Position numbers and translations under genes: made by a program | The notes under the pieces: generated by a model | Seen by the model: only the letters and a program-made list of their open reading frames with translations | Databases searched by the model: none | What the model was told of the DNA's origin: nothing | Part shown: in pieces, positions 16,106 to 24,168 of the stretch | Layout: every line of letters begins with the position of its first letter | Position numbering within the stretch: the stretch's first letter is position 1 | Assembly (NCBI GenBank): GCA_043798375.1 | Contig: JAZDOS010000006.1 | Span: 9,523 to 73,522 of the forward strand | DNA from: Candidatus Omnitrophota bacterium | GTDB lineage: Bacteria > Omnitrophota > Gorgyraeia > 2-01-FULL-45-10 | Direction: 5' to 3' | Length of the DNA stretch: 64,000 bases

Positions 16106-17038
16106 CTACTTTATATGCCTGCCGTAGCTTGTCTCGATCGTCTTTACAAGATTGGTAAGGACTTCGTTAACCGGCGTCGCTATGCCGAGCGTTTTCCCCT
16201 GCCTCACGATCGCGCCGTTTATAAAATCTATCTCTGTCCGTTTCCTGTTCAGGACATCCTGGAGCATGCTCGAGATATTCTGGGCCGTTCCCTTGCAGAC
16301 CGACTCGACTTTCTGTATAGGGTCGTCGTACGCCAATTTTACGCGCTTACGCTTGACGATCTTCGCCGCCTCCTGGACAGCGTTTCTTAGAAGAGCGCGG
16401 GATTCCTCGTATTCGATCAGGGCGCCGTTATTCAACCGCGTTATGGCGGTAAGGGCGTTTATTCCGACATTGATTATAAGCTTACTCCAGATGACCGAAT
16501 CTATATCCTTGGATATCTTTGTTTCGAACCCGCACTTATTTAGAATGCCCGATATTTCTTTCAACATGCCGGAGAGCCTGCCGTCGGCTTTGCCTATTAT
16601 CGTATCGCCCCTGCCGGCGTGCCTTACGCGGCCGATCCCCAAAAGCGTCGCTCCGTGGTTTGTGACGCCCGCTATCACCCTATCCTCGCCGAAATACTCA
16701 TTGAGTATCTGGACGTTGCCGATACCGTTCTGCATGGTCATCACATAGGTGTTTTCGCCGACCATCTCCTTAATACCCCTGCAGGCATCTTCGGTCGAAT
16801 AACTCTTGACGCAGATTATGGCAAGATCGCATACGCCGATCTCTTTGGCATCGCAGGCCACGCTCAATTTTGCCTGAAAGGCGTTATTCGGCGTCTCCAC
16901 CTTAACGGAATTATCGCGGATATATCCCGCCCTTTCGGGAAGCTTGTCATACAGCCACACTTCCTCTTTTGTCTTATTCTTAAGATACGCGGATATAAGG
17001 CAGCCCATCGCGCCCGGGCCGACGATGGCGATCTTCAT
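16106..17038 (-). CDS. panE: 2-dehydropantoate 2-reductase
   Basis: MKIAIVGPGAMGCLISAYL Rossmann N-terminus and ApbA/PanE architecture. Confidence 0.75.
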   Translation of the reverse strand: MKIAIVGPGAMGCLISAYLKNKTKEEVWLYDKLPERAGYIRDNSVKVETPNNAFQAKLSVACDAKEIGVCDLAIICVKSYSTEDACRGIKEMVGENTYVMTMQNGIGNVQILNEYFGEDRVIAGVTNHGATLLGIGRVRHAGRGDTIIGKADGRLSGMLKEISGILNKCGFETKISKDIDSVIWSKLIINVGINALTAITRLNNGALIEYEESRALLRNAVQEAAKIVKRKRVKLAYDDPIQKVESVCKGTAQNISSMLQDVLNRKRTEIDFINGAIVRQGKTLGIATPVNEVLTNLVKTIETSYGRHIK

Positions 17039-17040
17039 CC

Positions 17041-17136
17041 CGTTAGACCTCCTATTTTCATTATCAAAATCATTTTTAAATCAAAAATATTAATATACCC
17101 TACCTGCAAGAAATACCATCTGTGAGGAGGTCTAAC
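17041..17136 (-). promoter_or_regulatory. 14-bp perfect inverted repeat (CCGTTAGACCTCCT / AGGAGGTCTAACGG) spanning the panE RBS; candidate RBS-sequestering long-range hairpin
   Basis: One arm is the SD AGGAGG immediately before the panE ATG; the complementary anti-SD arm lies 68 nt further upstream in the transcript. Confidence 0.4.
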
Positions 17137-17148
17137 GGGATTCATCGG

Positions 17149-18015
17149 CTATCTCCTCACTTTTTGCTTTGAGCCGCGGGATTTCAGCTTATCGGCCTCG
17201 TCCTCTTTGATCGTAAAGCTATGTTCTTTGTCCGGATATATGCCCTTCTCGACTTCATCTTTATATTTTTTAAAGCCTTCGAGTATCGCCGCCGAGAGCC
17301 TCACATACTGTTTTACGAATTTCGGGACGAACCTGTCGAAGAGGCCGACCATATCGTTTGTCACAAGCACCTGCCCGTCGCAATGAGGGCCCGCGCCTAT
17401 GCCGATGGTAGGTATCGACAATTTTTCGGTTATTATCTTCGCGACCAGGTCGGGCACGCACTCCAACACGACCGCGAAACAACCTGCGCGCTGGAGCTTC
17501 ATCGCCTGATCGAGGATCTTCTCGGCCCCTTCGGCAGTCTTTCCCTGAATCCTGAATCCGCCGAGCTTGGAGATCGTTTGCGGTGTAAGGCCCAGGTGGC
17601 CTAATACCGGAATGCCGGCGTTGACGATTGCGATTGTTGCATCCAAAACCTCATCCCCGCCCTCAAGCTTTACCGCGTCGCAGCCCGCTTCCTTCATGAA
17701 ACGACCGGCGTTACGCACCGCTTCTTCCGTCGAGACCTGGTACGACATGAAAGGCATGTCGCCGATTAAAAATGCGTATTTCGTGCCGCGGCGGACGGCC
17801 TTCGCGTGGTGGATCATCTCGTCCATCGTCACCGGCACCGTCGAATCGTATCCGAGCACCACCATCCCGACCGAATCCCCGACCAGTATCGCGTCAATCC
17901 CCGCCTCATCGACTAACCTCGCCATCGGATAGTCATAAGCGGTCAGCATCGTGATTTTCTTACCCTCGCGTTTCTTAGCCTGCAGGTCAGTGATCATAAA
18001 TTTCTTCCTGTCCAT
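17149..18015 (-). CDS. panB: 3-methyl-2-oxobutanoate hydroxymethyltransferase
   Basis: KKITMLTAYDYPMARLVDEAGIDAILVGDSVGMV is the canonical PanB motif. Start taken at MDRKK. Confidence 0.85.
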   Translation of the reverse strand: MDRKKFMITDLQAKKREGKKITMLTAYDYPMARLVDEAGIDAILVGDSVGMVVLGYDSTVPVTMDEMIHHAKAVRRGTKYAFLIGDMPFMSYQVSTEEAVRNAGRFMKEAGCDAVKLEGGDEVLDATIAIVNAGIPVLGHLGLTPQTISKLGGFRIQGKTAEGAEKILDQAMKLQRAGCFAVVLECVPDLVAKIITEKLSIPTIGIGAGPHCDGQVLVTNDMVGLFDRFVPKFVKQYVRLSAAILEGFKKYKDEVEKGIYPDKEHSFTIKEDEADKLKSRGSKQKVRR

Positions 18016-18283
18016 ATCAGCACTCTCCTTTATGTTCTCCACAGATTTTTCGTCTTTTGGTGCAGGCGGAACTTTTGCGGTCCGCCTGGAGCGACTGTTA
18101 AAAATTTTGATACATTGGGGCAATTTAGACAGGACAATGAAACTGCGCAATAGATACAGCTATATTGGCAGGTTCATTGGCCATCAAAATTTTTCCACAG
18201 CAAATTGGCATGCCTAATGCCAATTTGCGGCAAGCGGAAGGCGACCGCAAAAGTGAACACCCATCGCCAAAGACGAAAAAATT

Positions 18284-19072
18284 TCACCTCTTTCTGTATG
18301 CGTCCAGAAACGAATCGCAGTAAATATTCTTATTCAAAATCAATTCCGCCGTGATCATCGCATCGACCAGATCCTTGTCGAGCGGGTCGAGTATCGCGGA
18401 CGTAAGGCCGTTCGCGATCGCCATCACCAGAAATGTGCGGTTTACTAATGAGCGGCGCTTCGTGCCCTGCGACACGTTCGACAGCCCTATCGTCGTATTC
18501 GGCGCCGGGTCCGAGAGGAGCCTGAATTCGCGGATAGCCTCAAGTATCTGCGACTGCTGTACCTGAGCGACATTGACCGGAAGCACTATCGGATCAAGAA
18601 AGATGTCTTCAGGTCCGATACCGAAATCGATCGCCTTGGCGACTATCGCCGCCGCAAGCTCCAGCCTCTTTTCTTTGTTATTCGGTACGCCTGACTTGTC
18701 CATCGCAAGAGCGATCACCTGCGCATTATATTTCTTCGCAAGCCCGAATATCGCTTCCATCTTCGCCTCATCGGCGTTTGTCGAATTGATTACCGCCCTC
18801 TTCTTCGCAAGCTTTAAACCTTCCTCGATAACATCAGGTTTTGTCGAATCGAGCGCGAGGCTGGCATCCGTGACTTTCTGTATCGACTCGACAAGCCATT
18901 TCATATCGTCTTTCGGATTTTTTGAATAAGGCCCTGTATTTACATCCAGGACTCTTGCGCCTGCCCTTACCTGGTCCTCGGCAAGATGCTGGATGACGTC
19001 CGCTTCCTTATTGGTAATAGCCCGGCCGACGTCCTTGAACATTCCGTTAATCAGCTCACCGATTATGATCAC
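18284..19072 (-). CDS. acsE: methyltetrahydrofolate:corrinoid/iron-sulfur protein methyltransferase AcsE
   Basis: MIIIGELINGMF...GLSNVSQGTKRRSLVNRTFLVMAIANGL...YCDSF closely parallels Moorella AcsE. Confidence 0.8.
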   Translation of the reverse strand: MIIIGELINGMFKDVGRAITNKEADVIQHLAEDQVRAGARVLDVNTGPYSKNPKDDMKWLVESIQKVTDASLALDSTKPDVIEEGLKLAKKRAVINSTNADEAKMEAIFGLAKKYNAQVIALAMDKSGVPNNKEKRLELAAAIVAKAIDFGIGPEDIFLDPIVLPVNVAQVQQSQILEAIREFRLLSDPAPNTTIGLSNVSQGTKRRSLVNRTFLVMAIANGLTSAILDPLDKDLVDAMITAELILNKNIYCDSFLDAYRKR

Positions 19073-19941
19073 GGCTTCGCTCCTTTCATCATTTCGTCGA
19101 TATACTTAACTATATCGCGGGCCGCTTCGGGATGCCTCATGACAAGAAGATCCGCGCCAGCCGCAAGCATCGATACGGACGTCGAAATCTCCCAGTTGAC
19201 CCCCTGGATCTCGCCGGCCTCTTTAGCTTCTTTCGTCTTCCACACTTCCTGGCCGATGAAGAGTATGAACGGCATCGCGAGCATCCTGTCCCCGATAAAC
19301 GCGGCGAGCCTGGCGCGCTCCATTATCGAATAGACGTATTCCATGCCGTATCCGAGAGATGTCGTCGTCGGGTGCATCACTATCCTATTCGGGTCAAACC
19401 CCATGTCGCTTATCAGTATATTCACCTGCTTCGCGATATTGATATCGATCGGCGATTCCGCTATTATCGAATGCCCGTCAGCCAGGCAGGTCGCAGCGAG
19501 GGTTTTATAATTATTCTGCGTCGCGATCCCGAACAAATAGTTCTCGCCCCTGAATGCCTGGCTCACCTTAGGCAAAACCTCATTGTCCTTTTCGGCGTCC
19601 CCGCATCCTGTGATAACGAGCGGCACCCCAATGCTTGCGGCTATCGACTTCAAACTTTTAACGGCATCATCCGCTGATTTATTGCCGTTATCCGGATGTA
19701 CGCTTGCGAGCCGTACGCATAAAAGAGCTGCGCCGCTATCGGCCAGATGTCCGGGCAAATCGGTGTCGAGGATCTCCAGCGCCACGACAGGCTTATTCGG
19801 CACCAGGCCTTCTTCGAACAGAAACGGCAGCGTAGTTTCGCCGCCTATTTTAACGGCGCCGGCGCCGCCTTTGCCGATCTCCACCGTATTTATCGCGCCT
19901 CCATACTTTTCCTTAATTAATTCTACCGGCATATTTCTCAC
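19069..19941 (-). CDS. acsD: corrinoid iron-sulfur protein small subunit (CODH/ACS delta, AcsD/CdhD)
   Basis: TIM-barrel delta-subunit pattern; gene context with acsC. Confidence 0.75.
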   Translation of the reverse strand: MRNMPVELIKEKYGGAINTVEIGKGGAGAVKIGGETTLPFLFEEGLVPNKPVVALEILDTDLPGHLADSGAALLCVRLASVHPDNGNKSADDAVKSLKSIAASIGVPLVITGCGDAEKDNEVLPKVSQAFRGENYLFGIATQNNYKTLAATCLADGHSIIAESPIDINIAKQVNILISDMGFDPNRIVMHPTTTSLGYGMEYVYSIMERARLAAFIGDRMLAMPFILFIGQEVWKTKEAKEAGEIQGVNWEISTSVSMLAAGADLLVMRHPEAARDIVKYIDEMMKGAKP

Positions 19942-20686
19942 CTTTAAGTTTCTCTACCACCTGGTCGATTTTCTCGTTAACCGTCTGATTCTTAAATTCA
20001 AATATGGATCTCGCCGCAATATTCCATTTGATGAGGTCCTCGCTATAAGGTATTTCACCGATAAGATCAAGGCCTGAATTCCTGATCTCGTCTTTCAACG
20101 ATGAGACAGGCCCCGTAACCTTGTTTATGATGAGGTACGCGGCGCCTATCCTGATCCCGAGCTCTACGGCAAGATCGTATATCTTTTTCGCCGCGCGCAC
20201 GCCGGTTACCGAATAGTCACTTACGAGGACGAGCTTATTCAGCGCCCCGACCGTCCTTCTCGATATATGCTCCATCCCGGCCGCATTATCTATCACGACG
20301 TAATCGTAGCTTGAGATGATCTTTTCAATAATACCGCGTAAAAGATTATTTACATAACAATAACAGCCGGGCCCTTCGGGGCGGCCCATCACAAGACAGT
20401 CGAAGTTCTTTTCCTCGCTTACCGATTCCTGGACACGCATCTCGATATAACGGTCTTTCGTCATACCGCCGGGAATCTTGTCCATATCCTTCGATATCTC
20501 TTCGCAAATTCCCACTATCGTCTTCGGGCTTTTTACGCCAAGTGAGTCCGCAAAGCACGAGTTCGGGTCGGCATCGATAGCTATTACAGAACCGGCTTTT
20601 TTATATATGAGGTGCGCGACTACGAAAGAAGCTAATGTCGTCTTCCCCGTGCCGCCCTTACCGTTAACCGCTATAATCGTACCGAT
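19913..20686 (-). CDS. cooC: CooC-type Ni-insertion ATPase (MinD/ParA family); Walker A is encoded upstream of the first ATG, and the start codon is non-canonical or unclear
   Basis: The in-frame upstream translation IGTIIAVNGKGGTGKTTLASF continues into the ORF-table product. No ATG/GTG/TTG lies between the upstream stop and the Walker A; the region overlaps the stop of the RACo gene. Confidence 0.6.
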   Translation of the reverse strand: MGTIIAVNGKGGTGKTTLASFVVAHLIYKKAGSVIAIDADPNSCFADSLGVKSPKTIVGICEEISKDMDKIPGGMTKDRYIEMRVQESVSEEKNFDCLVMGRPEGPGCYCYVNNLLRGIIEKIISSYDYVVIDNAAGMEHISRRTVGALNKLVLVSDYSVTGVRAAKKIYDLAVELGIRIGAAYLIINKVTGPVSSLKDEIRNSGLDLIGEIPYSEDLIKWNIAARSIFEFKNQTVNEKIDQVVEKLKGEKYAGRIN

Positions 20687-22509
20687 GGAAACCTCCCTAT
20701 GTCCGTATGCGGAAAAAATAAGGCCGCGATATACTCATCCATATAATTCGGCTCTACGCTGAGGTCAAGATACGTTATGTTCTTATGTATTTCAAACGCC
20801 CTTTTGAACGCCTCGTGCGAATTTAACGACATGCGCGAGCCCGCCAGCGACGAATTGCCGACAAATTGATAAACGCTTCTATCGGTATCCGGCAATAACC
20901 CGATAAAAACAGCGTTCTCTATATTAAGGTAATTGCCGAAACCGCCGGCAATGTATATCTTCTTAACCTCCGAGATACTCTTGCCGACCTTATTGGTGAG
21001 CGCGATTATTGCGCTGTAGATCGCGCCCTTCGAGCGCTTCAGGTTTTCGATATCGTCTTCATTAATCACTATATCCTTGCCGTTCTCCACCTCATCTTTT
21101 GAGGCTATGATGAATTCGGCGCCGGTGCCGGTCACCCGTATTCTGCCGGTCTTATTGTCGCGATTCAATTTTCCGTCTTTGCCGATAATCCCGGTTTTCA
21201 GCATCTGGCATAACAGGTCGATATATCCGGAGCCGCAGATCCCTCTTGGCTTGCCGCCGCCGATCGTATCAAGCGTTATCTTGAGGGATTTACCGATTCT
21301 CACCTTCTGGATCGCGCCCGCCGTCGCCTTCATGCCGCACGATAATCCGCTTCCTTCAAACGCGGGGCCGGCGCTTGCGGCCGTCGACATCATCCACTCG
21401 GAATTACCCAGCACTATCTCGCCGTTAGTCCCGACGTCGATCAAAAGCGAAAGCTCATCATTATCCGCGAGGCCGCATGCCAATACACCCGCTACGACAT
21501 CGCCGCCGACATACGTCGTCACTCCCGGCAAAAATGACGCCAGCCCTTTCGGATTTGCCTCCACGCCGATCTCCGACAGGCTTGTGGCCGGAAAACAGGC
21601 CGTTGTCGGGATGTACGGCGCCTTCCTTATATTCGCCGGGTCTATTTTCAGAAGGATGTGCATCATCGTCATGTTCCCGGCAAAGTTTACGCCGTTCACC
21701 TCGCCAACCTGCACATTCTGGGATACGCAAAGATCCTCGACGATCTCGTTGATGTTCTCGAGGACCGACTCGTTAAGCACCTTTAAACCCCTGGGCTCTG
21801 AGGCATAAATTATTCTTGTTATAATATCGGCGCCGTGCGCCGCCTGCTTATTGAAGGCGATTCTGGTGCCCAGTATCTTTTTTTTATTCAGGTCCACCAG
21901 CTGCCCCGTGACGGTCGTCGTTCCGATGTCGAATGCAAAAGCATAATTCGATAAAGAGGTGTTTCCCGGCTCAATAGCCAGTATCTCTACGGTGTCATCT
22001 TTATAACCGACGATTGCCGTTACTTTAAAATTGCTGTCACGAAGAACTTCGCCGAGATGTTTTACGTTGCCAAGTTTTGTCGACAGGCTCAAGCCCTCGA
22101 CATCTTTCGCCAATTTGTCCGTTACCCTCTCAAGATCGCTTGAGTTGTCATCCGGCGTCGGCTTCGAGAGCTCAAGGTATATCTTTCTTACGAGCGGTGA
22201 AAAACGGTATGCCTTCTCTCTTTCAAGCACCACGCCTTTTGTAAATTCTTCGGCTTCGTGGCTTAAAATTAAATGTTCGTGGGTGGCTCCTTTGGGAACG
22301 ATTACGTCCAGATCGCTTTCGACGATCGTCTCGCAGGCCAGGACTTCCCTGCGGTTGATGATTACTTTGCACTTGCCGCACAACCCCTCGCCGCCGCACG
22401 ACGCATTGAGGACTATCCCGCACTTTATGGCGGCCGTCAACATGTCCGTGCCGCCGGCAACGCGTATTATTTTATTATGCGGCGTGAATTTTACCGTATA
22501 TTCCTGCAT
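20671..22509 (-). CDS. acsV: reductive activator of CoFeSP (RACo/AcsV): N-terminal 2Fe-2S ferredoxin domain plus ASKHA ATPase
   Basis: N-terminal Cys cluster CGGEGLCGKCKV; about 610 aa with an ASKHA fold signature; context between acsC and cooC. Confidence 0.7.
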   Translation of the reverse strand: MQEYTVKFTPHNKIIRVAGGTDMLTAAIKCGIVLNASCGGEGLCGKCKVIINRREVLACETIVESDLDVIVPKGATHEHLILSHEAEEFTKGVVLEREKAYRFSPLVRKIYLELSKPTPDDNSSDLERVTDKLAKDVEGLSLSTKLGNVKHLGEVLRDSNFKVTAIVGYKDDTVEILAIEPGNTSLSNYAFAFDIGTTTVTGQLVDLNKKKILGTRIAFNKQAAHGADIITRIIYASEPRGLKVLNESVLENINEIVEDLCVSQNVQVGEVNGVNFAGNMTMMHILLKIDPANIRKAPYIPTTACFPATSLSEIGVEANPKGLASFLPGVTTYVGGDVVAGVLACGLADNDELSLLIDVGTNGEIVLGNSEWMMSTAASAGPAFEGSGLSCGMKATAGAIQKVRIGKSLKITLDTIGGGKPRGICGSGYIDLLCQMLKTGIIGKDGKLNRDNKTGRIRVTGTGAEFIIASKDEVENGKDIVINEDDIENLKRSKGAIYSAIIALTNKVGKSISEVKKIYIAGGFGNYLNIENAVFIGLLPDTDRSVYQFVGNSSLAGSRMSLNSHEAFKRAFEIHKNITYLDLSVEPNYMDEYIAALFFPHTDIGRFPSVRL

Positions 22510-22510
22510 C

Positions 22511-23845
22511 TTACTTCAGCCCTCTCAGGTAATTCGGTATCCCGGACGCTTCGCGCGGGCCTACGGCGACAGTCCAACCGGATACCTCTTCCAGCTTTCC
22601 GCTTAAGACAGAAACATATCCCGGTATGATGACTCTTTTATGCGAAACCATATCTTTTATTCCGCTCTTATCCAATGTGTCGGCTATCTTTTCCGCCGTA
22701 AACTTTTCGGCGGCCCAGGCGGTAAGGACCGACATGCCTTCCGCGTCACAGCAGATTATCCTGGACGGAACTTTGCTCGATTCGACCTCGCCGGCGACCG
22801 TGAAGTACGTTATCGAGAAATTGGTCGTGACGAGAACGGGTGATTGTTCTGTGACCTTGCCTATCTCGTAGATCTTCGGTTCAACCTGGACGGGCTTCTG
22901 GGGGTCCTGATATATATCCTGCCTCGCCACCAGGAGCGGAAACATAAACTCTTTCTTCGTATTCTTTACAATTACGAGCCCTGCATATTTAAGGACATAG
23001 GAAACCGCCTCGGCAAGCTCTTCGGACGGTTCGAGGGAATCCGTAAAAGCCATGAGGGGATATCCGACCGTCCTTATGTTTTTCCTGAGCGCGGCGCGCC
23101 TTGCGAAGGTAAAGACCTGAATGCGCGCGGCCGCGCTCTTTCCCTTAATATTTAAAACTAACTCCTCCACGCCTTTTTTCTTCGCCCTGTCGGTAAATTC
23201 CGCCGCCTCATCCAGATTCGAAGACGTTACGGCAAGAGGCACACCATGTTCTTTGGCCAAATCGATAAAATCATCTATTGCGGCAGGGTCTTCGCAGATA
23301 ATCAGGGGCCTTCTATCTTTGACTATCGCAAGGCCTGCCGATAGAGCCGCGGCATCGGACGAAGAGAGCGCGAGGTTTAACTTCGTCGCTGACGCGGCCT
23401 TGCGGACAGCGCCAAGGAATTTATCCGCCGTCTTCGATGAATTTTTGACACAGACCAGGTTTACCCCTATCGCCTGGCCGACTCTTTCGAAATGCAGGCC
23501 GTTGATTTCAGAAACGGTTTTCGCGATCTCCGCTTCAGTAAGCGTATCTTCGACCAGAATACCTATCGCCGCGGGGTGATAGAACTTCTGTTCGTGCCGG
23601 TACATCACCGTCTCATTGCCGATCTCGATCTTATTGTGATTTTTTCCGATCGTAACGAGCTTGATCGGAGGCTGGGCCGCGCTTTCGAGCGCTTCCTTCG
23701 CCTGTGCCGTCACGTGCGGGCACTTGTCGAGAGAGGTTTTTTTCTGGGCAAGCGCCATGGCAAACGCCAGGCACGTCGAAAATCCGCAGTCCTTGCAGTT
23801 CGTCTTAGGCAGAAGCTTATATATGTCCAATCCCGATAACGCCAT
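22511..23845 (-). CDS. acsC: corrinoid iron-sulfur protein large subunit (AcsC/CdhE gamma)
   Basis: N-terminal CKDCGFSTCLAFAMALA...C 4Fe-4S motif and B12-binding architecture. Confidence 0.8.
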   Translation of the reverse strand: MALSGLDIYKLLPKTNCKDCGFSTCLAFAMALAQKKTSLDKCPHVTAQAKEALESAAQPPIKLVTIGKNHNKIEIGNETVMYRHEQKFYHPAAIGILVEDTLTEAEIAKTVSEINGLHFERVGQAIGVNLVCVKNSSKTADKFLGAVRKAASATKLNLALSSSDAAALSAGLAIVKDRRPLIICEDPAAIDDFIDLAKEHGVPLAVTSSNLDEAAEFTDRAKKKGVEELVLNIKGKSAAARIQVFTFARRAALRKNIRTVGYPLMAFTDSLEPSEELAEAVSYVLKYAGLVIVKNTKKEFMFPLLVARQDIYQDPQKPVQVEPKIYEIGKVTEQSPVLVTTNFSITYFTVAGEVESSKVPSRIICCDAEGMSVLTAWAAEKFTAEKIADTLDKSGIKDMVSHKRVIIPGYVSVLSGKLEEVSGWTVAVGPREASGIPNYLRGLK

Positions 23846-24060
23846 TACTATTCATTCCTTTCCTTACCCCCATAAATGTCCGCCAGGCCAGGGGGCCTCG
23901 CCTAATTTTGATATCAAGGATGTTTAGTTTTAATTAATTTATTTGGTTTCGTCTTGCTCTTATGATAACAATTGCGCCAATATCTATAGGGGTAATTAAA
24001 CCTTATCAAAATTTTACGGCTCAACCCCCATGGCCTGTCGGCCATTTACAGTTACGCTTT

Positions 24061-24087
24061 CTAACCTGGCAATTCTAACCAGGTTAG
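24061..24087. promoter_or_regulatory. inverted repeat CTAACCTGG-N9-CCAGGTTAG, 216 nt upstream of acsC; related to the palindrome at 27270..27285
   Basis: Shared half-site CTAACC(T/A)GG in two Wood-Ljungdahl intercistronic regions. Confidence 0.4.
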
Positions 24088-24103
24088 TTTCATTGAAAAA
24101 TCG

Positions 24104-24160
24104 CGCGTCCTGAGCGAACCACTCGACACAGCACATTCGACTGCTGTAACGAAAAATTTT
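24104..24160. repeat. about 55-nt conserved intergenic element (gcgtcctgagcgaaccactcgacacagcacattcgactg...aacgaaaaatt), second copy at 11895..11945
   Basis: Near-identical sequence located 10-50 nt downstream of the stop codons of acsB and mnmA. Confidence 0.7.
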
Positions 24161-24168
24161 ACCTCCCC

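Noticed and set aside
18016-18283. Possible riboswitch or ncRNA in the 268-nt acsE-panB spacer
   Set aside because: Two hairpins were seen (caggcgga...tccgcctg and caaattggcat...atgccaatttg), but there is no recognisable riboswitch consensus. They are more simply read as a terminator and promoter region separating acsE from panB.
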